DNA from: Azolla caroliniana
Lineage: Eukaryota > Plantae > Polypodiophyta
Direction: 5' to 3'
Assembly: GCA_043228905.1 (NCBI GenBank)
Contig: JBHGNT010000002.1
Location: 7,936,001-8,000,000 of the forward strand
Length of the DNA: 64,000 nt
The notes under the pieces are model-generated. The model did no database searches, was not told the origin of the DNA, and saw nothing but the letters and a program-made list of their open reading frames with translations. Shown piece by piece: positions 35,682 to 50,700 of the stretch. The position numbers were made by a program, and so were the translations under genes. Each line of letters starts with the position of its first letter. The stretch's first letter is position 1.

Positions 35682-38600
35682 TGATACAAGAAAAGCAAAA
35701 TCTGGTGGAAATTGACTTAACGTATGAAAGCTTGAAGTGAAAACTTTTAAGATAATTCTTTTATTAATGATGGATGGATGCATAATGATGGAAATGCTCA
35801 TTAACAAGGTTAGCTTGGCTTGGCTTTTGTCATGAAGAATTATTTGTACTTTGGTAAACAGAATTATTAATAAATTTATTATTATGGTACATTACATTAT
35901 ATTTCTACACATTAAGTTAATTTTTTTATTTTATTCTTCACCAAAAAATAGCTGAGCTCACAATTTGTTTCCAAATGCTTGCTCTTGACTAACATTTGTT
36001 CATGAATACCATTACTTCAGAATTTTCTTATATATGCTGGTTCATTGCTGAGAAAGTCCATTTAGTGTGATTACCCAGAGATGTGTTTTTTTATCTTGCC
36101 CAGTTTTTGTGGTGAGATGTTTTGCCTTTGTGCTGATTTCAAGGTAAATGAAGTTTAAAACGTGTACAATTATTAGTCTTGCCAAATGGTTCTATGTTGT
36201 GGATGTTATGCCTTACTGAAGCAAACCCAAAATATTATCTTTTTCCATTTATCTGCATGTTGTCATTACACTTTTTTTCTAGCTTATCAAAGAAATGTAA
36301 TTTGGACAGATTACTTCAGAGCTACCTATGCTCGTGACAGGCAATGGAATCCATTTGCAACTAAATGAAGCCAGTATTCTAGGAACAGAAAATTGCAATA
36401 CAAAAGTTGAGTGGTAATGACTGTTACTCTCCCCATTCCTGCAAAAGGTGAGAGGTGTGACGATCGAACATGAGTTCTTTCAATTTTATGGTTTGGATGT
36501 TATGGTATATTAGTCGAGCCAACATTGAAAAAGATAGAAGAAAGAGAGAAAAAGAGATAGATGACATCTTGAGAAGTCTAATCCATTCTGTCTTCAAAGG
36601 AAAGAATAAGGCCTCTTTGATTTCCCATCCATTGCATATGTTTTGCAAGGCATAGTAAGCCCTATTTCATGCCTCCAAGTAATGACACCCTTTCTCCGAT
36701 CTAAACATATATGAACATACACATGAGATCTTGGTGTATCTCTCCAAGCTTAAGTGGATACATGTACACACTGATGGTCAAGCAATGCGAGATTTGGTTC
36801 TGAACACTTGTGCGATTTCTTAACATTTTCTTTGTAAATTAAGGTATATGTTACCAAACCTCTAGGCTAAGTCTATGAGAGTATTATCTTATCAAGTGTC
36901 AATGTTAAGGTTAAGTTTAAGAGTTATTAATAGAGTTCGTTAATGGACGTTAAGTAATTAGGTAATACACTCAAAGGTGGATTGAAACCCACTCTTCCCC
37001 TATAACCATCTAATGTGGAAGGAAACCATTAGTTTGTCACAAAAGAATGTGACATAGACTTAGGTTCAAGGTTGGTTTGGTGAAACTAGCTAGACTGACA
37101 TGAGGTAAGAGCTAGAGTAGCTCCCCAAAGTGGATTGGGAATTGCGGGACGGACTAATTGGGATTGTTGGCATACCAGGTAGATTCTTGCCCAAACTCTT
37201 TTTAGATTTAGATATGTTTGCATTAGCAATGTTAAGGTGTTGAGTAGAATGTGGGGAAATGTTTCTAGTGTCACTCGATTTGGTGCTAGAGCATGTCGAT
37301 GGTTCGTGGTAGGAGCACCACCAGAAGAGAGTCCACACTCGCCTTGATTTCCGGATCACTCTGACGGGCTATCGCATACACATCCTCCTACCTCTTAGAC
37401 CCCACTAGGTGGACAATATCTTGATCATGACTTTTCTTTTGGCCAAGTGTTGGTCACCTAGTGACCACTAGTCAACACAAGACTCAATAACCCTATAGCC
37501 AACCTTATAGAAGACATGGATTCCAACTCCTCTCATTTACATCTATTGGAGATTCTGTATAAATATTTTAGTGAAGGAGGGAGCTCTCGAGCTAGTAACC
37601 TCCTCTTATGTAAAATCCCCCTACAATGATAACAATGAGACCCAAGGGTGTTCATATCTAGTGATACATGCTAAGCTATGTGAAGTTTTTAATCATTATA
37701 TTCTTTAGAATCAAAAGCATCTAAATTGTGGACCATTAGCTAACAAATATATGATCTCAAGTTTCAACAATAAAACTCAACAATAAAAACAAGATTCAAC
37801 ATTGTGTTTGACCGTTATGGAAGGAGTTGATCCCTCCATCTAGAACAATAGCTCAAACCATGGGGGTGAACCCACAACATTGACCATTTTGACTAATTTG
37901 TTCATATGCGCCCATTCCATAATGGGGTCAATTGCATGTCTTCCCAAATTCAGGCCCATGCATCGTAATTCTCGAACTAGCAGTCAAAAAGATTCTTTAC
38001 TAAAACCAATGGATACTATTAGTGATAGAACCAACAAGGACAATAATAGTGTTTGGAGACATGCAATTTTGTGATTCACCACTTAATTTCTCATTGGGTA
38101 AGTTAGCACTTGAAATTGTATCTCCTCGCATCATAGCACTTGATCATTTGTTATACTAAAACAACTTAAGAGTGAAAATTCGTTGAAATATAACACAATT
38201 AAGTTCCTATTTGATAAATACAAATTTGCATATTCAATCTTCGGGCTCAATTTTATGGAACACTTCAAAGTGTTTGGCTATCCTTTTTTATTACATCGTG
38301 AAAAGATCACTTACATGACAAGTTATGTTGTCGTGTAAAAGATCACCTCTACAATGTGATCTATATGATATAAATGTATTGATAGTTAAATAGGTGGGCA
38401 CTTGAGGTCGCCCATGCTATTTTCATGAGACCTTATCCATCAATGTACTTTATTTCATTATCAAACACGAGAGTATCCATGGTCTACATATCTTCAATCA
38501 GTAGAGCAAGTGTCACATTTTATGCGTGGCACGAGAAAAGTACATAATGTTAGAACTATTAATAAAACATGTATAATTATATCCTGAGAATTAGTGCCAT

Positions 38601-39164
38601 CCATTGCCAAGGATGTTATTATAAATATTTGTAAATACTATATTATGTGTTTCACAACTTTTCATTCTTGAACATCAAGAGTCACTACTCATTTTCAGAT
38701 GTGTTCCTTGAAAATAAAGGAGCTAAATGAATAGAGTTTTTCACGTTTTCTTTTCATAAAAAGAGATTTTCACGTTTGGTTCTAAATTAGAGATTTCATA
38801 ATAATACATTGGCATTGACTACTAATAAGAAGGCACCGAGACCCACTAGTATTAGATGGATGCCTAGAATCGTGGTCATCTTGTTTTTGTCTTTCATATT
38901 TTTGGTCTCATAGGCCATATTTGACCTCCGAAGACGATAATAAAATCTCCCTCTCTCCCTCTCTCCAATGAAGACACGAGTATATTAATAAATGTGTGAA
39001 AAACTCTACAATGATACCATAACTAATTGGTGCCACCACTACATGGGTTGTGGGACATATTGAATCGCCAATAGGCAAGACGAACATTCCATGGAGGAAA
39101 ACTTTTTGACTTAACTCCAATAAACAAAATTGCCACATCAATACTCCTGTCAACTTTCATAAAC

Positions 39165-39314
39165 ATGCTCTAACTCTATGCCTACCATGAAATACAAAAA
39201 CATTGTGCATATCCCAATAATGATGCAATATGCGACCTTCGCAAATATGCTCTAAGTCTATGCCTATCATCAAATACAAAAGCATTGTGCATATCCCAAT
39301 TATGATGCAATGTG
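39165..39314. repeat. ~82-bp tandem duplication
   Basis: ATGCTCTAA.TCTATGCCTA.CAT.AAATACAAAA.CATTGTGCATATCCCAAT.ATGATGCAAT occurs twice. Confidence 0.8.
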
Positions 39315-41503
39315 TAACTCTCTCTCTCTCTCTCTCTCTCAACAAGCAACAAAGAAGAGTTTTACCCCTATTTGTTTTATACTTTAGAGACAAGCCACGA
39401 GTCATGATCCCTCACGAGCTAGCATCAATTCTTGGATCCAACTTTAACATAACTTAATAATTGTAGGGGACTCTCGTTGCTTGTAAACTATGTGAGACAA
39501 AATGGATAACACATCCATTATTACTCTCATCCTTTTTACCAATAAAGTATGACACTTTCATTATTAAATCTGTAAAAGAACACATTCGTCCTTCGAAACC
39601 TACGACAATGGAAGAAAGATCACAATATCTCGAGCCCACATGCTCCGACAAACACAAAGAAAGAATATTTAAATGGCTAGATTTTATGCCTACAGTAGAT
39701 TGTAACGAATACTCAGTGGCTTACAATGAACACTTCAATTGGTGATGAGAAAAAAACGTGTAAGTAAATATAATATATGATTATACTAGATGTGATAATT
39801 GTAGTGCAAAGGCACGTGAATGGGTTCCATCTCGAAGAACAATATATATTAAAGACCACATATTCAAGGTGTAGCATTATCAACCCGTGAATTAGAAGAA
39901 TTATCACAATTTGTGGATTATTTCTTCACACTTGAAAGGATCACAATCATTAAGATCATGTGGATGATTACGAAAAATGTGTCATAATTATGTTTTGGGT
40001 TTATTGGTTTGGAATAGCTAGATAATAATGGGGAAAAGTGTTGGGCACGTGCATTTACTATGCTTGTGAGCTTTAAAGCTTGAGAACTTCTCATAAAACT
40101 TTATATTAACATGTTACATGAATCTTGTTTTGTTTGTGCACATTCTCTTCACCAATACATGCATACATCAATTATGTTATCATTACAATTACTTCTGCAA
40201 TGATGTACCCTATGATTGTTGAAAATAGATGCCATAGCACAACATGCCCAAATAATATTATGAAATAATCTTAACTATACTTTGTGGATAATTCTTTTAT
40301 AATGAGTATGTATGTCCCACACTTGAATTGAGAGTTGGTTTCAATAAACATCTATGGATAACAAATAAGGAATGTGGAAGAGCCCAATGGATTGTTAACA
40401 AGTTTTAATTGGCATACAAATTTTCTTTTATATCCCAATCTTCATTAGTGTAGGATTCTGACTCAATAGGCCTTTCAACTTTGTATAACATTACCTAGCA
40501 TACTGATTGGAAAGATATCCTTTAGAATATAATGGATCTTTTATGTCTAATTAGTATGGTAAGATTTGCAATTATGGGCATTTACTAACTTGTAATTTAC
40601 CTTGCAACTTAGTCATGGTGAATTACTTCCTCTATTGGGACTCCCATGACATATACTTGGGGCTTATTTTACAAGGAAAAACACAATAATCCCCCAATAG
40701 TTCAAGACTAAAGTCATGGAATTGTGGTGAAGGTTAGAATACATGAATTTTCCTTTCAACACAATGAGATGGATTGCGATGTGAATAAAAATTTCCATTT
40801 CCTCTAAAACTTGACATAGCATACAGATGTATGTCATAAGCAAGTTGTGGGTGACATTTTTGTCAACAAAGCAGGAGTTTGCAAAATGGAACATTCAACA
40901 TCGACACATTTCATATTAAGAAGAGACTTCCCCACCTATGCATTGAGCAAATACTCCAATATTTTTCTTTCACCCCATAAAGAAAAGCTTAGTAATTGTG
41001 CAAACACTTTTAGAACACTTCAGATGATACAAAGTGTTTTTCAAGCCTTCGGATAGGGCTTTATTAGATTGACAATTTAGAACTCCCTTGATGCAGGGGC
41101 CATTCAAGTATGAATACATAACAGTAAGAAAGATAACAAATGTTTTTAATATTTACAACAATTCTCGAAGGGTACAAGCGCCATGCAAATGCATGTATAT
41201 GTGTATATTTATAATCGCATACATTCGAGAGAAATCTTTCCTCAAAATCATTTGCAACAACAAACCACCTACACCATGCCAAATTCAGTTTCTTCTTCGT
41301 ATCAAGCCGTAACAATCAACCTTTGATTTCCACGCTGTTACACTGTTATATGGGGGGCAATGTGTTTCCAACGATGACTAAATCACCCATCATATTACTC
41401 TTTTGAGGATAAAATAATCTACCACTACCTTTTTCAGTGATAGACATATGAACATCCCCAGCTTTTCTGTTTGTTGATGACAATAACTATTATTTGTCAT
41501 ATG

Positions 41504-41972
41504 CTAGTTTCGTATCCGTCCACGAGCACACATTTGAGCATTTGTCAGTGGTGACCCTCGGCTTTTTGCATCTCTGGGCGGGGCTGAAAACATAAATCCT
41601 GAGCTAGGTCCATCTTTATGGTTTTGCAGAGGACCTAGAACCTCCACTACTTCTTGCATCATTGGCCTTGCTTTCGGATCTCTAGAAAGACACCGTGCCG
41701 CCAGACTCGCGGCTTTCTGAACACCTTTCAACGAGTATACATCATTTAGACGAGGATCGACTAACCAAATCACCTTCTTCTTATCGCCCAAAAAGGGCCG
41801 TGCCCATTCTACTAAGTTGTGTTGTCCGCTTGGCCTCGTTTTATCCATTGATTTACGACCCGTTATTATCTCTAGTAGTACTACACCAAAGCTATATACA
41901 TCACTTCGCGCTGTTAGATGTCCTGTTTCACATGAATCACCACACCAGTCATTTATGTTGCTCAAAGAAGTG

Positions 41973-42033
<61 letters not shown>

Positions 42034-45000
42034 AACAAAATGTCTAAATTAACAAATATATATGAGTCGATCATGATATACAGATTAATTTCTGGATGAT
42101 TCTCCAAGTTTAAATGTTTGGCACAAATTTATCTCTTATGATCCATGAAACCTCAGGCCTCCTAACTTTCAGAAACATTGTTTAACTTAGTTTTAGTAAA
42201 TCTTGCAAAAATGCTTAAATATCTTTTGTAATTATTTGGCAAATCTTTCAAAAAACCCTTGATAAAAAAATAATAGCCAAAATAATCATCCTCAGTGTAG
42301 AGAGAAGAGAAAAAAGGTCAATACAAGGTAAGATGCATACCAGTCATAACATACTCAGGGGCTGCATACCCATAAGTACCCATTACTCGGGTTGATACAT
42401 GGCTTTTATCGCCTTGCGGCCCATCTCTAGCAAGCCCAAAATCTGAGAGTTTGGCATTATATTCCTGATAAAAATTAGCTAACATCAGAAGCATTTTTTT
42501 CTTTTGTTTTTCAAAGGGTGGCAAATCTTTTTCATATCTAGGAAACTTTGCAGCATTGGCAATCTAGAGAAAAATCCCTTTGGGTTATGTGTACAAAGTT
42601 CCAAACTGACAACATAAGAATGATTGTGTAACATTCAATCAGGAAACTTCACAAGAATGAGAAAACAACATACCGAGTCCAGAAGGATATTGGAAGTTTT
42701 GAAGTCACGAAAGATAATGGGTCGCTTCCGCCCATGGAGATATGCTAGCCCCATAGCAGCTCCCCAAGCAATCTTCATCCGAAACAACCATGGTAATGGT
42801 GTCGCTCCCCCTATCGTCAAAAAAACCGTAGAGGAAACATTATATAGTAATACTTTTTAAAACATCTATAATGGAAAGTTCAAGCCCATTTTAATTTCAG
42901 ATATGGGTATCTTATATGAAGCTGAAACACACACATATATACTTCATTTAATAGATGAAACTACATTCGATTGAAAGAATGTCTTTAATATGATAAAAAT
43001 CTACACTTTTCAATTGACAGAATGAAAAGTTTATGCATATGATGAAAAGCTTACTACGAAACAAATGGTTCTCCAAGCTTCCTTTTTGCATGAACTCGTA
43101 TACAAGCAACCTTTGTTCACCTTCGATGCAATATCCAACCAACTTCACTAAGTGCTGATGATAAACCTCACCAAGATAGTCAACTTCGGCCTGAATATAA
43201 CAATAGAAAAAAGGCTGCTTTAGGCAAATGACATTTTCATTAAGACACATACGTGTTCATGCCTAAGATGAGAGCATTGCCTTTTATATGGATGTCTCCA
43301 CAAAATTATTGTTTCTATATTCATAAGCTCACGTATTCAAAATTCTAACACTTACATATAAATGCAAGAGGGTGTGGTAGCTAGTGGCAATAAAACTTCC
43401 GCTTTGCAGCACTGAGGTTATGGGTTCAAGTCTTTCTGACCAAATCAATGGTTTTTCAAGTGGTGATTCAACAACGAGATTTTAGGCTAAATTTGCAACT
43501 TAACAAAGAGATTTAATGTAAATTAGCAAATTTTACCAAAGACATTTGGCTATATTTACAATATAACCAAGATATTTTCGCTGTATTTAGGCTAAGTTTG
43601 AGATAGAGAAAAGAATTTTTAGGCTAAATTTGTATATTACACAATGAGAATTTTGTGATTTTTCAATAAAAAGAATTTGAGCTAAATACAGCTAAATTTG
43701 CGACTTAACAAAGAATATTAAAGTTAAATTACAAATTTCATCAAAATGGATTTAGACTAAGAAATGTATTGGTGACTCTAACAAAGAAGGTTGAAGGTGA
43801 ATAATAAAAATTAAAATTAAAATTACCAGCCATTCCTTGTGACCTTGGAGGCCATTTGGATTCAGAATCTTCACTGCTACTACAAGGCCTGTGCCTGGTT
43901 TAGCAGGCGCCGTACCATTCTCTTCTATCCATCCTTTGAATACGTGTCCAAAACCACCCTCCCCCAGAAGACTATCGGGACGGAAATTTCGGGTTGCACT
44001 TCGCAAATCATGAAAAGAAAATTTCCTTAGTGGAGAAGACGATAATACCTCTTCTTCAGTTCTTGGATTAGATGGAACCTCAAATTTGGATATTATATCA
44101 CCCTTGCAATCATCAGAAGATGAACCTGCCACAATTCACATGAAAACTGTTAAAGAAACAAAATAAAAGAGTTTGAGGTATGTGTCTATGTATGATTCAT
44201 TAAAGGGAACAACAAAAAACTAATGTTAGGTATGTCTACAGCTTTGTATGCATCGATTATTAGTAAACAAAAAGGAACTAGTTTTAGGATATGTATACAA
44301 AGTTTAGGACTGTGTATAGTTCATGGAATGTTAGGCTTGTGTAAAACAATGTATGGTTCAATTATAAGAAAACAAAGAAAAACTAAATTTAGATTGATAT
44401 ACAACTATCTATGCATCAGTTATATGCAAATTAGAAAAGACTATGCATACATCAATGAAGGAAACAGAAAAAATAATAACAATAATAATTTTACATATAT
44501 ATATAATCAACAGTGTAGTGTATGCATTAATTTAGGGAAACAAAGGTAATGTATTCATACAAGTGCATATGATTCAATTATAGTAGAGGGGGGAGACTAA
44601 TTTTTCAGGATTTATACTACTTTGTTTCCTTGATATATAAGACGAATATCGAAAGCTCCCTTTCAAGGGGTTAATAATTACTACACATACAACTTCGAAT
44701 GCAAGAAGTGGAATTTACAATCCATATACATACATCCACACATATACAAACAGAAATAAATACACAAGCACACGTGCATATATACATGTAGAAGCACCAA
44801 AACTCTAGATTTAACATACATAGCGAAAGGGAGTTCTCAATATTCTTCATAAATAGAGAAACAACTAGAATTAAGAATTCACACAAATATGTATACAAAC
44901 ACAAACAGACAGACACAATGAAACCCGAGATTTAACATACATATAGACAGACAAACATGCATGTCCCACTTACACAACCAAACCAGAAAATTCAAATATA

Positions 45001-45308
45001 TGAATACTTCATACATGTATAAATACATACATGTAAACATAAACGCACATCTGAACCTAGAATCCACAGGCATACATATGCATCAAACGAAGCAATGATA
45101 ACACAAAGAAAAAGCGTGAATTGATTACAAAACCTGGTGAGAAGAGATTTCCCACTTTGGCAGAGGAATTGGAATACCGGACACCAAAGAAGACACAAGA
45201 GAAAGTAGGAAAACATGAATTAGGTCCTGCTTTCTCGTCGCCTTCTTCTTTTTCTTTTACGGATTCGTCTTTTTTATCATGCCGAACTCGTGGTTGCTGA
45301 GCTCCCAT
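41504..45308 (-). CDS. Receptor-like cytoplasmic kinase subfamily VII (PBL34/35/36 / PIX7-like), ~429 aa; exons 45308-45134, 44125-43827, 43190-43055, 42810-42674, 42464-42341, 41922-41504
   Basis: All GT-AG junctions are phase-compatible (1290 nt total), with internal exons of 136/137/124 nt typical of PBL genes. Motifs: [66 protein letters not shown]. Confidence 0.93.
41974..42029. repeat. (TA)n microsatellite in the last kinase intron
   Basis: Direct observation. Confidence 0.95.
43368..43440 (+). mobile_element. tRNA-derived SINE-like head in kinase intron 2
   Basis: A-box-like TAGCTAGTGG 43378-43387 and B box GGTTCAAGTC 43423-43432 at tRNA-like spacing. Confidence 0.45.
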
Positions 45309-45538
45309 TGCTATTGCGATTGCTATTGCTGCTGCTGCTTTCTTCTTCTTGAAGCTCAAACGGTTATCATATAATCAGAAGAACTACAGAGGAATTTGTA
45401 TGGAGCACTCTGCAAATGGTGTGTGTGTGAGGAAGCCACGAATTTTAGGGTGTGGGAGGGGAGGAGATCTGATCGCCCTTCGTCTTTTAGCTATGGCGGT
45501 GAGACAGAGGAAGAGCTCTGTTTCTTTTTTAGCTCTCT

Positions 45539-45575
<37 letters not shown>

Positions 45576-47454
45576 GTTGTGACTCTGTCAACGAAATGTT
45601 TGGGCTATTAAATAAAACTTAAAATTTAATAAAAATTTATTTTCCTTCTTTATTTTGTTCTGTGTATTTTATATTCCCATCCAAAGCCTCAGATCACAGA
45701 CACACACACATATGAGAGTAGAGTGGGCGAGTCAGGTGAGGGCCACGAGCCCCAGACCCATACATGATGGGCCACACACCAGCCTTCCACCAGGGCGAAG
45801 AATCATCGGCATCTGGGTTTTTACGCTGATACACCCCCTCCTCTCCTTGCTTTCCGCCTTTTGTCGCTTCTCTCCTTTCTCCTTATGCTCCTTCGATCGT
45901 TAATCCTATACATCGTGTGTTGTCGATCATATTCTTAACCGCACGCATCATTGCATGCTTTTGTGCGCCCTTTGCCATCGGTTTGTGTTGTCCCTCCCTC
46001 GGAATACCACCTAGGCCTACCTACTCTTCATCGACTTCTCGCATATTCTTCTAGTGTAGTATTGTACCTTTCATCCCGTCTCCAACTGTCCATGCGTCTT
46101 TCGTGACGTTTTGTCCTTTCTTGGAGACGTGCGCATCTCGCATTCTAAAGATACTTGTAATTCGTATAGATCATGCAAGATGGAGAACTCGATCTTACAG
46201 AATCGAAATATCTCGATCATCGGTGTCGAGGGATTTCTTCGCATTGCCTTTTACGATGTTGAGAAGCAGTCGTCTCCTTTTACTTAGGCTTCTTGCATAG
46301 TTGTATCATCAACTTAAAAAGTGCAACTATATAGTCTTATTCATACGAAACAAGTGGTCAGCTTGTTCATGTGTCTTTTGGTGGTGTTTGTCGTCATTGC
46401 AATTTGCAACCAACAAATGCTAAGTATGTTATGGTTTTTGTTATCAACAATGAAGATGTTGTTATCACTATACATAGTCTGATTGCGATAACTTACAGTA
46501 CCTATCCTCACAAAAAAGGGTTGCTTTACGAATTCATTTACATTTGTGACCTCAAGGTATGGGTCAAAATCTCTAGTGGTTGTTCTAATGTTACATTCAT
46601 TTTTAAAACACATTTGTATTTCTAGTTTTGAGATCCCATGTACATTAACACTTTTCTCCTCAAAAATGGCTTTACAATTTACAATTTCACTTTTCACAAC
46701 CAACATTTGATAATGATAACATCACTTTATAAAAGACAATGCTAATTATGATCGTCTCGAAACAATGCATAAAAATCTCACATTATTTCATTTATCTTCT
46801 GAATCCCCTCAATGCAATTAGAAAACATTGTGTTCCATCGACCACACCAACCACCTACACACATGTGTCAATAACCAACGATTGTCTTTGACTCTATCGC
46901 CACTTCATAAATTGTAGTTCTTAACAATATATTGCTGATTTAGGGATGTGTATATGAAAAACTAGAATAAATTCCTATTTCCTACCAAACATCATTAAAC
47001 AGACTTGCAAACATCGAGATATGGATCTACTGTTGGGATAAACGAAGGTACAACCATCGTAATCAAGAAACAAATGTTGGGCTTTGTTATCAGAATGTTT
47101 CATGGTGGTTGTATAATTCAAATTCATATATATATATATATATATCGACACACACACACACACACACATTTATCTTCATGCTTTCGGATTAATAAAGTAG
47201 CATGGGTGGATTTCTATGCGTAGAACCTTTTGATTAGCCACTCATACATCTACCTCCCCCTATGTCCATAATGTTACTCTTTTTAATTTTAACATTTGCA
47301 TGGCTATCTTTTGAATTCAATAAATGATAAAAAAAAAACCAAAGAGAACTCAAAAGATAGTGTATTCTTCATTTGCTTCTTTCTTGTGTTTTTCCTTTGT
47401 TTGTTTACTCCCCTCCAGGCACACCACATATTTTTGTTGATTATAGAAAATTTG

Positions 47455-47790
47455 ATAGAAACTCTTTGGACTCTATGGAAACAACGATGTAGGTGGGTCT
47501 TCTCTAACCAAACAGCGCATCCAATAATGTTAATGCAAGAGATATGGAGTGAAGTTGTAGCCACTCTAAAGATCCAATACGATGGCCTCAAGGGCAGCTC
47601 CGATGGAGTTGAAAGACGACGACTAGCATTCATCCAACAATGGTCGTCCTCTCCCTTTCGTGAGTCAGTGGGCATCCACATAAGATGGAACTATTGCATC
47701 CCTACAGGGATTTGTATATAACACTCTCATTTGTAAAAAATTATAATTAATGGAAGGAGTTTCTTTTTTGGAAAAGAAGAAGAAGAAAAT
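47455..47790 (+). mobile_element. Short 5'-truncated L1-like 3' end
   Basis: TLWTLWKQRCRWVF...EIW motif of the L1 ORF2 C-terminus, with an A/GAA-rich tail. Homologous to 53004-53291. Confidence 0.65.
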
Positions 47791-50700
47791 ATTAATCATA
47801 CTTTGGATAACCTTAATGTAAAAAGCTTATTCAACCCTAATACAACAATGTGAGGGTACACATAAGTATAGTCTTAGTCTCGAACGAGATTCCTAGACTT
47901 CAATATCCTATAGATTTCATGTAAGCCATGTTCTTATATGTAACATGTAAGTGATGAATTTGTTAGCGACTATGGTGGTTCTTGATTAATAGGATCAACA
48001 ATTGCTCTTTTTTCACAATGTTACTCCAATTTATGTTGAAATTTCAACATGTCTTATATTTGATCAAATTTCCTTTAAAAAAAGCATTTTAACAAGACAC
48101 CTTAGGATTTATGGATCCCCAAATATGAATTGAACATGTGAAAATGGAGTGACATAGTCATCACGTTTGGGGGATTTCTATTTTAGGTGATATGAAATGC
48201 ATTATCCTAAATTAATATACAATGGATTTCATACAAAAATAATAAAAACGTGTTCTTGTTTTGGTAGACTTTTTCCAAGTGATATGGTACTAAATTAGTA
48301 GTGGTGAATCATGATTCACGGATCATTACCAACCAAATGAAATTTGTACTTGTAAGAAGTGTTTGTCTCTCCCCTACGACAAGAAGGTATGAAAGATGAT
48401 CTTACAACAACACTATCTAGATTCAAGCCAACCATATCAAGCTCGATGTTGCTATTCAAATCAAGAGTCAAACCCATTGAATTCAATGGTTTAATGAGAA
48501 TCCACAATTATTGGCTAAAGGACATGAAGGCATGTCCCCTACCAATTTTAGCTTAGGACGCTAAGAGGAAAATATATAAGAGAAAAATAAGTAAATCGCT
48601 CTTCTAATTGGGCACATGACACATTCAAGTAGTTACTGAGATGGAATATGGCAACAATACTTGAGCTGCCCATTGATGATGTCCTCATGACTAACAACAA
48701 ATCATGGCTTCTAGATGCACCCACAACCAAAATGAATCGCACATGCCAAGAATAGAAAATGGAATTATTTTTACATTCGCATAAACCAAAATTGTGAAGA
48801 AACTTAAAAAGAAATTATGGAATGCACCAACCCCCATACCATTTATGTGCAAAAGGTAATCACTTCCTCTATACTTGTAGCCTTGATCAAGACTACCGTT
48901 ATACTAGTATACAAGAGGGTAATCACCATTTAATGTGCAAAGAACTAGTTAGAGCAAACTAAAATTGTGTACAACCATGATTAGGAGATTGAGGATGACG
49001 ATAATCTCAGATTATAATGTGAAGCATTCACAACCATCCTGTAAGGTTTTCCACCATTATTTATGACATGTACCTGCCTCGCACAATTTCTCCAATTCAG
49101 ACACACTAACCCTACCTCATTGACACATGTGGATGATCTAAACCTATGTTTTAGACGTGGAAGTTTGTCCTCCATCACCACCCTTCACCTTCTAACCCCT
49201 CGATCCCTCTTATTTACCTATGAGGCATGAGGTGTGACCATCACGTGTAGCTTTCTTAAATTTCACACACATGGCGATCCTTCTCATGTGTGAGCCTTAT
49301 TCCCCCTTATTCATGGTCAATTGTTGATACATCCCTACGTATGATCCGTAAACTCCATATCCATTGAGAGCCGATCATCAATGGTTGTTGCCCACATATA
49401 TGGAAATATTCTTTCATTACTTTTCCTAAAACTAGAACACTTTTCCTTAATATGCGATTTTTGATTGAACATGCCTTCTTCTTTATTGTCAAGTGGATAG
49501 AGTGAATAAACATAAATATTTCACATAATCCAAATATACATTTAGCATGAACATATGCCAAAACAACATTTACTTATGCATACATGTACTCATATTTACA
49601 TGAACACATGTAGATTTGCATCCTTGTGTTTTTAGCATTAGCTTTCAAAGGGCAATGTTACAATTTTTACTCTTTACATTGTGTACACATGACAATGTTA
49701 ATGAAGCAATTGTTTAGTCCACAAACTCAAACTAGAAGTAAAAAAAGATTTTTTCTAGTGAATGCAACATTGAACCAACCAGCGAGAGACACAAAACCAC
49801 AATCTTAATGTTCCAAATCACAAACTTATTACTAGATCATCATGCTTATATATATAGCATGGTAAATCTAAATATATGATGTATAAATTAATAATTTCAC
49901 ATTGTGCTTTGGTACGTAACCTCTTGTTTATTGACCAATATCATCGATAAAACCATTAAGTAATCCTAAACTAGCTAACAAACATGATGAAAGTGTGTAA
50001 TAAGAGAGATGCAATGAGTGAAAGTTATAATTACTCGTAAATATGGAGCAACTCCATGTGGAAATCGACTTTTTATTCCATTTACAAGTGGCAATTTAGA
50101 GTTTAGGAATTGGGCCCCTACATAACAATAGGCACATCCCCCTTGAAAAGCATTAGTAAGAAAGAAGAGGAGAAAAATATATAAAAATGATAAGAGATTG
50201 CATAGATGATGAGAAAGGAGGAGTAAAAGGAATTTATGAAGGAACGTAGGTCCAAATAAAGCAAATGCTAATATATAGGAGTCTAATGGATGGTAAGAAA
50301 AACAAGTAAAATATAAATCTTCAATAAGGATTAATAAGGCAAAGAGGACATGAAGATGTTGAGAGGTTTATAAATGATGGGAGTCATTGTGTAAGACTCC
50401 ATAACTAACTAAATCATTACATGAAAGAAAAAGAAACAAGATGGAAAAGAAACACAATCTTAATGCATTGCCCTTTGGGCGTGACAACGAAAAGGGCAAG
50501 GGAGATGATAGCTATAACAAAAAAGGGAATGTATATGCATTGATATAAAAAGGTTACGAATCAATAGATATATAAATTTGCTGAACTACCAACACAATAA
50601 CCAAACATTTACACTAGAATGATTATTTGGCAATGGTGATGCCAAGACATTAGAGACAAGATGACAAAGAAGTGTTAGTGAATGTTATGATGGAAGAGAC

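Noticed and set aside
36850-38050. Possible old LTR element (TGGTGCTAGAGC PBS-like at ~37281)
   Set aside because: No second LTR, TSD or recognisable domain; too decayed to support.
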